Shown one piece after another: positions 26,296-39,478 of a stretch of DNA of 64,000 nt. Source of the DNA: Geosiphon pyriformis uo1 (lineage: Eukaryota; Fungi; Glomeromycota). Under the pieces are notes generated by a model. The model worked only from the letters and a program-made list of their open reading frames with translations. It made no database searches and was not told the origin of the DNA. The translations under genes and the position numbers were made by a program. The stretch lies in assembly GCA_016748015.1 (NCBI GenBank), contig JAAOMT010000348.1:4441-68440 (forward strand), in the 5' to 3' direction. How positions within the stretch are numbered: position 1 is the first letter of the stretch; each line of letters begins with the position of its first letter.

Positions 26296-29200
26296 GTGAC
26301 AGAATCAGAAAAAACAGAGACAAACCATTTGGAATTTGCAAAATTCTTATTTTAGCACTACAAAAGTCATTTGAAATTAACAAATAATAATTGGCCAGCA
26401 GAATCAATTTTCAATTGCTATATCAATAAAAAAATTATATATTACTTAAGAAAACAAGGAGATTCAGAATCCGCCTTCAACAATTTCTTTAGTGAACTAC
26501 TTTAAAACACCACATTACTACAAAACTATCTATTTGCATCAATAATTACAGAAATAAACAAAAAAATTGAAAAATACACCAAACAAAAATTTCTCATCAC
26601 TTTTGCAGACAAAAGGAAAGGAAGATTACAAATACCAGTAAGAATCCCAAAACAAATACAACTACCTATTTGGAAAAAACAAAAAGTTAATTCTCCAGTA
26701 AATTCATTATATTATCACACATCTGGAAGCATTATCAATATAATATTAACAGGCATGTCCACAATAAATACAACAATACTATTAAATAAAATTCTATTCT
26801 AAAGTAAACAAAAGAAAGCCAAGTTATTGGGAACATATAACAATTACTTTGAAGGATTCAAATCATAATCTCTAACACTATCAAAAATTTGATTATCATT
26901 TAAACAGCCAGATTTTGGAGCTGTCAGTCCATAAGAGATAACCAATTTTGAGAAAAAAAAAGACAGCAATCAAGAAATAAATAGTCAAAATCTAATCCCA
27001 GAAAACCTGGAAATTCAAACTCCAATCATCCCAACTCAGCAAAATTAGAATAATCCAAACACTGCTCCTATTGTTCCCCAAAACTTACCTTCAATAATCC
27101 TGATTGATTCACCTTTAGTCCCACCAATTATCAAACAGCAACAACAATTACTATTACCTTAGTAACAACCACAACAGCCATTTTAACAACCATAACAACT
27201 GCAACAACTGCCATTCATAGCTTCAATAATATATGTTCCAATTGCGAAAATCAAAAAATTTACTGGCGAGAAGGATGACACCCAAGTATGACTCAATGAT
27301 GTGAAAAAAGCCATTACAGCCAACAGATGAAATGATGACAAAATTTTTTAAGCAATTCCCTATTTTCTTTAAGATATTGCTGATTTATGGTATCAAAGTT
27401 TAGCTGCCAAACCACAAACTTTTCAATAATTTAAATTGAAATTTGTAAGATATTTTAGTAACAATAATAGTATCAACTGACTGACAAATATCTTTACTAC
27501 CATCAAACAAGGAGAAACTAAAGCAACTACTTAACTAGGATGCTTCCATAGAAATTTATGCCAAATACAAGTAATTGATGTGAATTACTTTATAGCACTA
27601 CAGATTTTGAATCAATTTATCTGTGAACTATACAGTAGCATTCTCCAATACATATGTTTATTATATCTATCTGACTTTCAAGCTACCATCACTCATGCCA
27701 GAGACTTTAAATTAGCCAAACTCGAAACCAACCATGCTCAAGCTATCAATCTAGTAATGAATAGATTATCTGAATTAAATTTGAAATTAAAACAATTCAG
27801 TAATTCTATTAATTAAAAATTAGAGAAATATTTAGCTAACAATCAGGCAATTTATTAATCTCCACAATACCACAATAATCAAGAAAACATGAATTGTTTC
27901 TAATCTTAGCCATATTTATTACCATTGACCAATTAGCAATGGCAGCAGAAAACACATGTTTGCCACTATTGTAGTAAACAAAAACATTTGAAAATCAACT
28001 GCAGATTAAGGATAGATAACCAACAATCAGGAAATCAATATTAAAATCATGATTGCCAGTTTCAAACTCCAAATTATTAATCAAACCCAAAACCATATCA
28101 ACCAAATTATCTACTCATGACACAGCAGCCAATCTATCAATTACCAATTTATTAGCCTTTAGTATCTGTAATTTATTAATTGCAGTCTTAATCTATCTAT
28201 TAGCCACAGCTTTAAGTAATCTATTAGCCCCAACTAATTCAAATACTGCCACCAAATTCAGCTCAGATAACATTAAAAAATTTCAGATCAAAGATCACTT
28301 AAAACTAAAGATCAATGATGGTTGTCTACTAACCAATTCCCAGTTTCTCAACCCAATAATCAGGATCTTGCCAGTAGAGTTTGAGAACTGGATATATTCA
28401 AAATCTGAATTCCCAGCACTACTTAAGTTTTTTGGTTATCCCAAAAGACACCTCATCCAACAATTAGGAACCCAACCAGAAACAGCCATTTAACATTAAT
28501 ATTTCATTAACAACTAGTACCAAAGACAAATTATTTGCAGCTATATTCTCTTTTGAACTTGAAAAAACTACTCTAGTTTCATTATTCAGTGAAGCTGCAC
28601 TTAACACCAAACTTATTACTGCAATGTACACTAATGTCAAAATTAATGGTTATCTCATCAAACTAATCTTAGATAGTGAATCAGCTGGCAGTATTATAAT
28701 ATGACAACTTATGAACCAATTAGGTCACCAAGTTGATCATATGGCCAGTACCAAAATTATCACAGCTGATGGAGTGACCAAAACTCTCATTGACAAAATT
28801 GATAACTTACCTATTGAAGTCAATAATATTATTATACCAATCAAAGTTTTGGTAATAGAAGCCACACAATATTAGGCTCTTGTTGATAATAACTGGCTAT
28901 TCAGGACCAATGTTATACTTGATTAGACCACATAGAAGCTCCAGCTCAGTTAAAATAAGCAACACATCTGAGCATTAGTCATGTATGGACATTTCAGAAC
29001 TCTTTCAAAGAAAGAACAACTATTGATCAAGCTAAAAGAAAAAAAAAAACTTACCTGAGAAGCCTATCAAATCTCATGGACCAATAATGAGCACAATGAA
29101 TTACAGTTTATACTCTTATAAGATGACAAAGAAAAGAAAAAGCAAAAAGAAGAACTTATCTAGAATAATAATCAAAAATTGTAAACTGACAACAATCAAA

Positions 29201-32200
29201 ATGAGCTGATACCAAGTTGGAAATAGAAAAAAACCAAGAAAGAGAAAGAAAAAAAAAAAGAGCTATCATCAGCAATCACTACAAATTATACTCCATATAC
29301 CTATACTCTACTACAACTGTTTAACTATTGCCGACTAAAACTAATATGCATTGATTGTGGCAAGAAATTGTCATTAATGGGCACATGCTATGGCAATGAT
29401 GAAGAATACCCAACAGCAACAAAATTCTATTGTCACTCATGTATTCTTAAATGATTTAGATGACCAAAAAGACAAGAGAAATGGGACAACAAACCATGTT
29501 TGGCTTGCAAAGAAACTCTTTTTAATAAAGAAATGTAGAATAACATTCCTAAAAGAGGAGGAATATGTAACAAATTGTGTCAATACACAATTCTAATCAA
29601 TGACTGGGTACACAAAATAACATCAATAGAAGCAGCCTGAAGAAGAGCAGTAAAACATTTGGATAGATGTCCCCATAATAATAACAAAATATGACACATG
29701 GCACCTGCTAAAATCAAAGGAGCATTACCAAAAGAAATAAAAGTGATTAAAAATAATTCACTAAAACTCATAGAACTCGATTGAGATCCAAATTCAGATA
29801 TTGTACTAGATTCTATATACTCAGAACAATTCTATGAACACTACCAAAAATTAGCACTCACAAGAGAAAAGCAGAAACAATGCTTAAAAGAAATAAACAC
29901 TCAACTATGTGACCATTATTTGATTCCATGTGACTTCTAATATTGTAATGAGTATAATTTTATCTATAATTTATCATTACACATGATCTACACAATTCCA
30001 AAAGAAAAAAAACCAATCAACAACTGTGTATTGGAATCAAAAGTACTGTTCAATCTCAATTTAAACTCTGATAATAATGATAACAAAAATAACAGTTTTA
30101 GCTCTATTTAAAATGGCAATAAAAATAACAATAATTCAAGGAACAGAAATTTAAATGGTTCAGCAATAATAATAAAAGTATTATGCCAGAATGTACATAT
30201 AATACCAATACAGAATTTAATCTGAGATATCTTAGAAAAAATGCCATCAAATTGGAACCACATTCACGCATCTGCATTGATCTTAAAATAGCACTGGAAA
30301 TCTCAACAACAACAATAGTTCAATTAGCATTTAAGAGTAGTTTAGCAAAAAAGAGAATCAACATCAGAGAAGAAATAATTGATGCAGAATATGTGAAAAA
30401 TATCATTGTAATGCTACAAAATAACTCAAAAAAGGCCTACATAGTAGAGTTAAACAAAAAGATAACACAAACAATATTCTTGCCTCTGGTTAAAATAACT
30501 CAATTAGCATTAGTGAGAAACAGAGAAAAATTAGGTATTATAGCTAAAGGAATACAGGGAATCAGATTCATGAGTAGAATAAATGTACCAATTAATATGG
30601 CAGAAAAAAAAGTTATTGATAAGAGAGAAATTATCTTCAACTATTAATTAATTTTTATTCTATCATATAACCAGTACATATTAGTTATAGAAAGGGGAGT
30701 AAAAAATCAAGCTCAGATTTTTGAAGCAAAAAACTACTATATGTAAACCAAGAAAGATTGGACTTACTAATTTTTACATATCAGCCAAAAGTCTGAAACA
30801 TATTAAAATTTCTATTTACAACACAACAAAAAATGTTCTTGAAATACTAAAAGAAACTACCATCAGATATTTAAGCACTAAAGTTAAAAAACAATTACCA
30901 AACCCCATTTTAGACTTTCTATAACTGTGTAGATATATAAATATTATATTACAAACAATATATGAATAAGAAAAATATTATTTGCTTTAATCAGAACAAT
31001 TGAAACAAATAAACTTGAGAAATCTAAATCCACTATAACATATGTAGCTTAAAATGTTACTCAACAATTTCAATGACATTTTTGCTAGTAAAAACGAATT
31101 TGACAAAACCAACATAATTCAGTATCAGATAAAAACTGAAAATGCAATGCCAATCAAACAGAGAGCATACAGAATACCACTAACAAGCTATAAAATCATC
31201 AAACAAGAGATTAATCAAATATTAGACAATGTGTTAATTCAACTATTAATAAGTTCATGGTTATTACCAGTGGTACTAATCCATAAAAAAAATGGGAAAA
31301 TATGCTTTTGTGTGAACTACTGAAAACTTAATGAAGTAACCAAAAGAGATAGTTACTCAACTCTAAAAATTTAAGAACTGTTTGATGCTTTTGGAGAAAA
31401 AAATTAGTTCTTAACTTTAGACTTAAACAGTAGTTACTGGCAAGTAGTTATGAAACCAGAAGACAAGAAGAAAATGGCTTTTACAACTTTAGAAAAAAAT
31501 TTTGAATTTGAAGTTATGTCATTTGGCTTGATGAATGCTTCTGCCATATTTCAACAGTTTATGAAAATTGTCTATACTGGACTGCTATGGAAATCAGTAG
31601 TCATATATTTAAATAACACTAATGTGTTTTTCAAGACATTTGATAATCATTTGCACTATCCAATAAGTATTTGAAAAACTAAAAAAAGCTGAATTAAAAT
31701 TGAATACAATCAAGTGTTTTTTTGGGAAAACTGAATTCAAGTTTTTGGAACATGTTGTAAGCAAAGATGAAATCAAAACAGATCCAGACAAAATTAAGAT
31801 AGTTAAAAATTTTTTAGTATTCACCAATTTGACTGAATTATAAGCATTCTTGGGATTTGCAAGATACTATTGCCACTTCATTAAAGATTCTCCAAACTGG
31901 TTTAGCTATTATACCAGCTTTAAACAAAGAACACCAAATACAAATAAATAAAAACTCAGCATTAAGCTTTTAACACATTAAGAAAAAAGCTTATTTAAGC
32001 TCCAGTACTAATCTATTTGGATTATAGTAGGCTATTCATAATTACAACTGATGCATCAAGTTAAACATTAAGAGCAATACTATCTTAGAAAAAACTGAAT
32101 GGAAGAGAACACCTAGTAATATATGTTAATTACAGCTTAAATCCAACTGAAAAAAACTATAGAACACCAGCATTAGAATACTTAGCAATTTGTTAGACAG

Positions 32201-32406
32201 TTATAAAATAAAAAAAATACTTGAACCAAAAGTTTGATGTGTATATTGATCATAAAGAACTAACTTTAATCCAAAAGCAAGAATTTAAAGATGATCATCA
32301 TGTTTAATAGAAAATAGAACTTTCACTATTTAATTATATAGTACATTACAAAAAAGAAAAAAAAAATGGAAATGCTAATGGCTTGTCACAAATAAGACAA
32401 ATCTAA
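26296..32406 (+). pseudogene. gag-pol: Element D ORF1: Gag (CCHC 27961-28002), protease (~28620-28950), Cys-rich domain (~29340-29990), dUTPase (30183-30575), RT and RNase H
   Basis: CHYCSKQKHLKINC; LILDSESAGS; IIDAEYVKN; CFCVNY; VIYLNN; TTDAS; YIDH; ends NGLSQIRQI*. Confidence 0.9.
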
Positions 32407-32436
32407 GAATATTTCTACTCAAAAATATAACAAAAG

Positions 32437-33815
32437 ATGAATATACAAAAATATCAACAACTTCAACACTATATTAATATCCAGCAGTTTAAGAAGAAAT
32501 TATCTCCAAAAGAACAAAGCCATATTAAACAACAATCTAAATATTTCATTACTCACCAAGAGATACTTTATTGGAAAAACAGAAAGAATTCAGATCAACC
32601 AACTAAAGTAATTACAAAACCAAAGAAAGAAACAATATTGTTCAATATGCATTCAGATTTAACAGCAGGACATTTTCATAAAGAAATAATCATAGAAAAA
32701 ACCAGAAAAAGATACTATTGGCCATTAATGTATCCAAATATTATTCAATATGTTCAAAATTGTGATGCTTGTCAGAAAAAAAAAAGAACAAAACTCAGCA
32801 AACCATTAAGACCAATTAAAGTGAAACAACTATTTAACCATATTAGAATTGACTTAGTCAAACTATTAACAATAACTAACAAAAAAATAGATATATCACA
32901 GTAGCCATGGATTATCTTATTAAGTGGCCAGAAACAAAAGCCATTTAAAGAGCAGATGCTGAATTCATTGCTAAATTCATTCATCAAGATTTAATTTGTC
33001 AACATGGATGTCTAAAAGAACTACTATCAGATCAAAGAACTTACTTCATAAACAAAATACTAGCAGAACTAAGTCAAATATTTGGAATTAAAAGACCATT
33101 ATCATTATTATATCATTTATAAACAAATGGGTTAGTTGAAAGATTTAACAGAACATTGTGTAAAGCAATTGCCAAAATCAGCCAAGAAACCAGAATGAAT
33201 AAAATTTGTTTATATTATCAATATTATTTGTTTATTGAACAATAAAACAAGACACTACATAAGCAATACTATTTAAATTAGTATATGATAGAACAACAAC
33301 ATTATTAGTTGAGATAAAAGTTAACACATATCCAACAGAACCAATAACTGAAAACAATTTTCAGGAAATATTGCTAAGAAGAACATATAACTTATGGAAA
33401 CTCTAGAAAACAAATGACAAAAAGCAGCTGATAACATTTAAAAGTCACAAAAAAAACAAAAAAAAAACATGATAACTAACTATCAGATAAACCAGTTGAA
33501 TTCAAGATTGGAGACAAAGTACTTTTATATCATACCAAAGCAGAAAAACAATAGAGTAGAAAATTTGACCCCAAATAGAACAGACTATTTCACATAAAAA
33601 AAATTCTAGAAAATGAAGCTTATAAATTAAGGTTAAACAACAAAATTTTAATCAAAACAGCACATGGTAATTGACTGAAATTATATTACCATATAGTATC
33701 ATCACTCACCAATAATATTTCACAATTAAGAGTACAGAGAATACTAGTCCAATCTAATAAAATTCTATAAGATCTAGAACTAATTATTATTATTAACACC
33801 AACATATCAAATTGA
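32437..33815 (+). pseudogene. Element D integrase (separate ORF with own ATG)
   Basis: MNIQKYQQL...MHSDLTAGHF...CDAC, IDLV, LSDQ, NGLVERFN. Confidence 0.92.
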
Positions 33816-33868
33816 ACAACTAAAAGAATATAAAAACATGGTAGATATAACAAAAGCAACAAAAAAAA

Positions 33869-34498
33869 ATAGAAATACCAAACCATATTTACACTTTAGC
33901 TCAACAACTCTTTCAACTAATACAATAATAAAAGATGAAAATTACAATCAATCAACAAATTATCAGATACAAAAACACCAAAAAAGAACCACAAGATAAA
34001 ATACGGAGAAAAACAGAAAATACTATTGATAAAATAATTACAAAGGCAAAATTGGTAATAAAAACACAACCAAAAGTTATTCAATATTAAGAGTTGATGA
34101 TAAAAACATAGAATTGATAGACACAACAATTTTCAAGAAACTTTTGCTATTTCTATTTGGAACAATATCTGAATATTCAGAACTTATATATAAACAAAAC
34201 AAAGCAATTATTTAATCCAGGAATATTACAACAACTTGAACAATTTGTGAAAAAAAACAATTTAATCACATAAGCATGAACCATTTATTGATTACAAATC
34301 GAATTTCAAGACCAACCAGAAATCTTACTCAATTCAACAATAGACTTTATTACTGTTAACCAAATGAAAAAAATAATCAATGCCCAATTTGAAAAATTAC
34401 AGAACAAGATAACACAAGTAATTCTCGAAAAAGAAGTTCAAGAAATATTTAAAGATAGAGCATTAGAGTTAAGGAATATTGACAGAGCTCAATATTAA
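33869..34498 (+). pseudogene. Element D ORF3, unknown function
   Basis: Start decayed to ATA; ends NIDRAQY* at the PPT; collinear with ORF3 of A and E. Confidence 0.8.
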
Positions 34499-34512
34499 AA
34501 AAAAGAAAATAA

Positions 34513-35364
34513 TGTTATTCATAAAATATAAGAAGAATATTAGTATATAAAATAGCTAATTAGAAATAGATGTAGTAAATATGGAATTTTAAAATTTCTC
34601 TCAGAAAAATTGCAGGATTCCAAGAATTTCAAGATTCTCATATAAGAAATTGCAAAATTGCAGAATTGCAGAATTTCTCTCAAAAAGATTGCAGAATTCC
34701 AGAAATTTCAGAATTTTTGGTAAGAAAAATTGAGGAATTAAGGAATCTCAATTATGTATATATAGCAGTAGTAGTAAAAAAAAAGAACAGACCTCTCAAT
34801 TTAAATTTAATTTAAGCAATCTTCTACATCACAAATATCAATAAATAATTCACTTTCTCAAATTTACTCTCTACTATCAATGCTTTATGTTGATAGTAAT
34901 CAATACTTAATACATTAGAACAATAGCTCTTAATTATGACTATTGATAAAATACTAACTTGCAAATTGCCTTGGCTTATTTTCTTTATCATTTTTTTTAT
35001 CTTTTTTATTTCTTTTTGTTTTATTAATTGATTAATGATTAAAAAATGCTGAATTATAAACGTTATAGGGACTGGTAAAAGACTCATAAAACAAGGGTAA
35101 AACACTCATAATTGAGAATAGCTTACCAGAAGGATTACTGGCCACCATGCTGAAAAAAAAATTTGATAGAATTGCAATTCTAGGAGACTACTGACACAAT
35201 AATTGAATCTTTGTCCATTATACAAAGAACTCAACCAAAATCTTCAAACAACCAAAACTTTCAGATACAAACAATCTTTAGATATTACTAATGTCAACAA
35301 GCAAATTAGCACCAAGTTATGAGTTTGTTATTTGATTTGAAATCCTAAATAATCATCTGTAACA
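34513..35364 (+). repeat. Element D 3' LTR
   Basis: TGTTA...TAACA; near copy of 25374-26231. Confidence 0.95.
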
Positions 35365-37574
35365 ACATTAAAATTTCAATATACAATACAACCAGAAACT
35401 TTATAGAAATATCAAGTAAAACTACTATCAAATACTTAAGTACTGAAGTTGAAAACCAATTACCAATCATTATTTCAAATTTTTTACAACTGTATAGATA
35501 TGTGGATATTATATTACAAACTATATATAAACAAGAAAAATATTATTTCTTATAATCAAAATAATTAAAACAAATAAACTTGAGAAATTAAAACCTATTT
35601 TAATATATGCAACTTAAGATACTACTCAACAATTTCATTAATATTTTTGTCAATAAAAACAAATTTGGTAGAACTGATATTATACAAGACCAGATTAAAA
35701 CTAAAAATGATATGTTAATTAAACAAAAAACATAGAAAGTACTATTTGCTAATCATAAGATTATTCAACAAGAAATCAATTGAATGTTGAACAATAAGTT
35801 AATTTAACTATTAATAAGTTTATGGTTATTATTAGTGATATTTGTTCAGAAGAAAAATAAGAAAATCTGCTTTTGTATAAATTATAAAAAACTTAACAGT
35901 ATTATTTGTAGAGACAGCTATCTAATTCCATAGATCCAAAAACTATTTGACATTTTTGGAGGAAAGAAATAGTTTTCAACATTGGACTTAAATAATGGTT
36001 ACTAACAAATAGTCATGAATTTAGCTGATAAAAAAAAGACAGCATTTACTATCAAAGAAAAAAATTTTGAATTCAGTATTATGCTATTTGGCTTAACTAA
36101 TATTTTAACTATTTTTCAACATCTCATGAAAATTGTTTATACAGAATTACTATGAAAATTAGTAATAATTTATTTTGATAACATTAATATATTCTCAGAA
36201 ACATTTAATGATTATCTTTATTATTTCTAATAAGTGTTTAAAAGATTAAAACAAGTAGAGCTAAAGTTAAATGCCATTAAGTATTTTTTTAGAAAAACTA
36301 AACTCAAGTTATTGGAACATATTGTGAGCAAAAACAGCATAAAAACAAATTCAAACAAGATTAAAATAGACAAAAACTTCTTANNNNNNNNNNNNNNNNN
36401 NNNNNNNNNNNNNNNNNNNNNNNNNNNNNNNNNNNNNNNNNNNNNNNNNNNNNNNNNNNNNNNNNNNNNNNNNNNNNNNNNNNNNNNNNNNNNNNNNNNN
36501 NNNNNNNNNNNNNNNNNNNNNNNNNNNNNNNNNNNNNNNNNNNNNNNNNNNNNNNNNNNNNNNNNNNNNNNNNNNNNNNNNNNNNNNNNNNNNNNNNNNN
36601 NNNNNNNNNNNNNNNNNNNNNNNNNNNNNNNNNNNNNNNNNNNNNNNNNNNNNNNNNNNNNNNNNNNNNNNNNNNNNNNNNNNNNNNNNNNNNNNNNNNN
36701 NNNNNNNNNNNNNNNNNNNNNNNNNNNNNNNNNNNNNNNNNNNNNNNNNNNNNNNNNNNNNNNNNNNNNNNNNNNNNNNNNNNNNGTTGTCAAATAAAAA
36801 AAATACTTAAATTAAAAGTTTGATATATATATAGATTACAAAAAATTAACATTAATCCAAAAGCAAAAATTTGGAAATAATTACTATGTAAAATAAAAAA
36901 TAAAACTATTATTATTTAATTATATTGTATATTATAAAAAATAAAAAAAAATAAAAATACCAATAGTTTGTTATAAATAAGACAAATTTAAACATTTCAA
37001 TCCAAAAATATAACAAAAAATAAACATACAAAAATATTAACAACTTCAACACTATATTAAAACTTAACAGTTTAAGAAAAAATTATCTTAAAAAAAACAA
37101 AACAACATAAAACAACAATCAAAACATTTTATTATTTACTAAAATATACTATATTAAAAAAACAAAAAATATTTAAACCAGTTACTTAAAGTAATTACAG
37201 AACCAGAAAAAGAAACAATACTGTTTAACATGCACTCAGATCCAGTAGCAAAACATTTTTATAAAAAAACAACCATAGAAAAAACCAGAAAAAAATATTA
37301 CTGGCCATTTATGTATTTAAAAATTATCTAATATATTTAAAATTGTGATGCTTATCAAAAAAAAAAGAGAAACAAGATCCAGTAAACTGTTAAAACCAAT
37401 TAAAATAAGACAACTATTTGATTAAATTAGAATTAACTTAGTGAAACCATTAACTATAACTAGTAATAACAATTAATACATAGTAATAATCATAAATTAT
37501 CTCACAAAATAGCCAGAAGCAAAAGCAATTCAAAGAGCAAATACAGAATTTATAGCTGAATTTATTTACCAAAA
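35365..37574 (+). pseudogene. pol: H1 RT, RNase H end and integrase N-half (gap inside)
   Basis: CFCINYKKLN, IYFDN, LLEHIVS, MHSDPVAKHF. Confidence 0.85.
36384..36785. other. Assembly gap (N run)
   Basis: Run of n inside H1 RT/RNase H. Confidence 1.
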
Positions 37575-38363
37575 TATTACTCATAGAATATAGAAATTAA
37601 ATATTAGTACATAAGCCAATCAGAATAGACATAGTAAAAGTGGAATTCCAGGATTTTTTTCAGAAGAATTGCAGGATTCCAGAATTATAGAATTCTCATA
37701 TAAAAAATTACAAAATTTTTGGAATTCTAAGATTCCTAGCTAGAGAATTGAGAAATTCAAAAATAGTTATTATCAACCAAAATAGAATTTTATCAATAAA
37801 ATATCTCTTCAATTCTTTAAATTCATATTATTATCTACTACTTAATCTGTTAGCACAATAGTTTTGATCATGGCTATTAACAAGACACTTATTTTTTATT
37901 TTATTTTCTTTATTTTTTTATTTTTTTTATTTTTTTTTATTTTTTTTTGTTGTTTACTAAATTAATTAAAAAAATTAAACACTAAGTTATTAACGTCAAA
38001 AATAGTCTGGTAAAAGATCAAGAGTATAAAATTTATAAATTAATAAATAGCTTACCAGAAAAACATGACTGCCAGAATAAATCAGCCATCACACTAAAGA
38101 AAAAAATTTGACAGAATAACTATTCTGGAAGGCTATGAACACTAAAACATACCAACTCAAAGATTGAAAAAGAAAATTAAAAACATTATACCAAGATATT
38201 AACATTGAATTTCTGTCTATTATACAAAGAACTTAACCAAAACTTTCAGATTATAAAAACCTTCAAATACAAAATCTTTAAAAACCAACATTATTATATC
38301 AATTGAACACCAAAGTTACAGATTTGTTATTTGTTTCTAAATCCCAAATAATCACTTGTAATA
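37575..38363 (+). repeat. Solo LTR (A-type) in H1 integrase
   Basis: TATTACTCATAG...TGTAATA (decayed termini); flanked by CAAAA on both sides; no internal region. Confidence 0.9.
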
Positions 38364-39478
38364 CAAAATTTGATTTGTTGATATGAATATCCAAAAAAAT
38401 TGTTATCAGACCAGAAAATCCACTTTATGAACAGAATATTAACAAAATTAAGCCAAAAATTTGGAATTAAAAGACTATTATTATTATCATATCATGTATA
38501 AACCAATAATTTAGTCAAAAGATTTAACAGAATATTGTGCAAAGTAATAGCCAAGATTAACCAAAAACATCAAGACAAATAAGATTTATTTATACTACCA
38601 GTATTATTTGCTTATTGGACAATAAAGCAAAATACTACACAAACAATATTATTTAAACTAGTCTATATTAAAACAGCAATATTACAGTTAAGATATATAT
38701 TAATATATATCTAACAAAACCAATAACAGAAGCTAACTTTTAAAAAACATTGCTAAAAAAAACATATGACTTAATAGAAACTTTAAAAAACAAAAGACAA
38801 AAAACAGTTAATAATATATATAAATTACAAACAAAACAAAAAAAATGACATGATAACCAATTATTAGATAAACTAGTCAAATTTAAGATTGAAAACAAAG
38901 TACTTTTATATTGTATCAAAGTAAAAAAACAATAGAATAAAAAATTTGACTTCAAATAGAACAGACTATTTTATATTAAAAAAATTCTAGGAAATAGAGC
39001 TTATAAATTAAGATAAACAACAAAATTTTAGCTAAAGTAACACATAGAAATTAACTAAAATTATAATACAATATAATATTATTATTTACCAATAATATTC
39101 CACAATTGGAAATACAATAAATACTAATTTAACCAAATGAGATTCCACAAAATCTAAAACCAGTTATAATTATTGATACAAACATGTCAAATTGATCTAC
39201 AAAAACAGTATATAAAAAATTAATATATACAATAAAAGCAAGTAAAAAAATGGAAATTACTGACAATATTTTCTCATTTGTACAACAATTATTACAACTT
39301 ATTTAACATCAAAAATCAAGTCTAGAAATTATTATTAACAAACAAGCAATTTAAAATAAAAACAAAAGAATAAATCAAAAATCTCAATATTCCAGATATT
39401 ATATTTCTGGAAATCTAGTAAACAAAATAATAGAAAAAGTGGAAAAGACTCTAAAAACTTCAAGGATAGTAATATTAG
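38364..39478 (+). pseudogene. H1 integrase C-half and start of ORF3 (ATG 39250)
   Basis: LLSDQKIHF, LVKRFN, ILGNRAYKL; then AAAAATG MEITDNIF, cut by element C. Confidence 0.85.

Larger units (their letters stand above)
25374..35364 (+). mobile_element. Element D: uninterrupted full-length Ty3/Gypsy retrotransposon (A-type LTR), ~10 kb
   Basis: LTRs 25374-26231 and 34513-35364; perfect TSD ACAT (25370-25373 / 35365-35368); PBS TGGTGCT at 26234; PPT ~34497-34512. Confidence 0.97.
2533..39478 (+). mobile_element. Element H1: oldest Ty3/Gypsy LTR retrotransposon (A-type LTR), in four pieces: 2533-4027, 22224-25373, 35365-37574, 38364-39478; 3' end missing
   Basis: Reading frames rejoin across each nested insertion: QVINA|DYFTVLQILN in gag, NHKH|IKISIYN after dUTPase, FIYQ|NLIC in integrase. 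Confidence 0.9.

Noticed and set aside
28053-28493. 146-aa Ser/Thr/Asn-rich ORF overlapping the gag tail
   Set aside because: Shifted frame over CAA/CCA-rich codons; the Gln/Pro frame is the one that runs into protease in A and D.
33869-34498. ORF3 as an envelope gene or chromodomain
   Set aside because: No signal peptide, transmembrane segment, furin site or chromodomain aromatic pattern visible.
36227-36797. 187-188 aa ORFs on both strands
   Set aside because: Artefacts of translating through the N gap.
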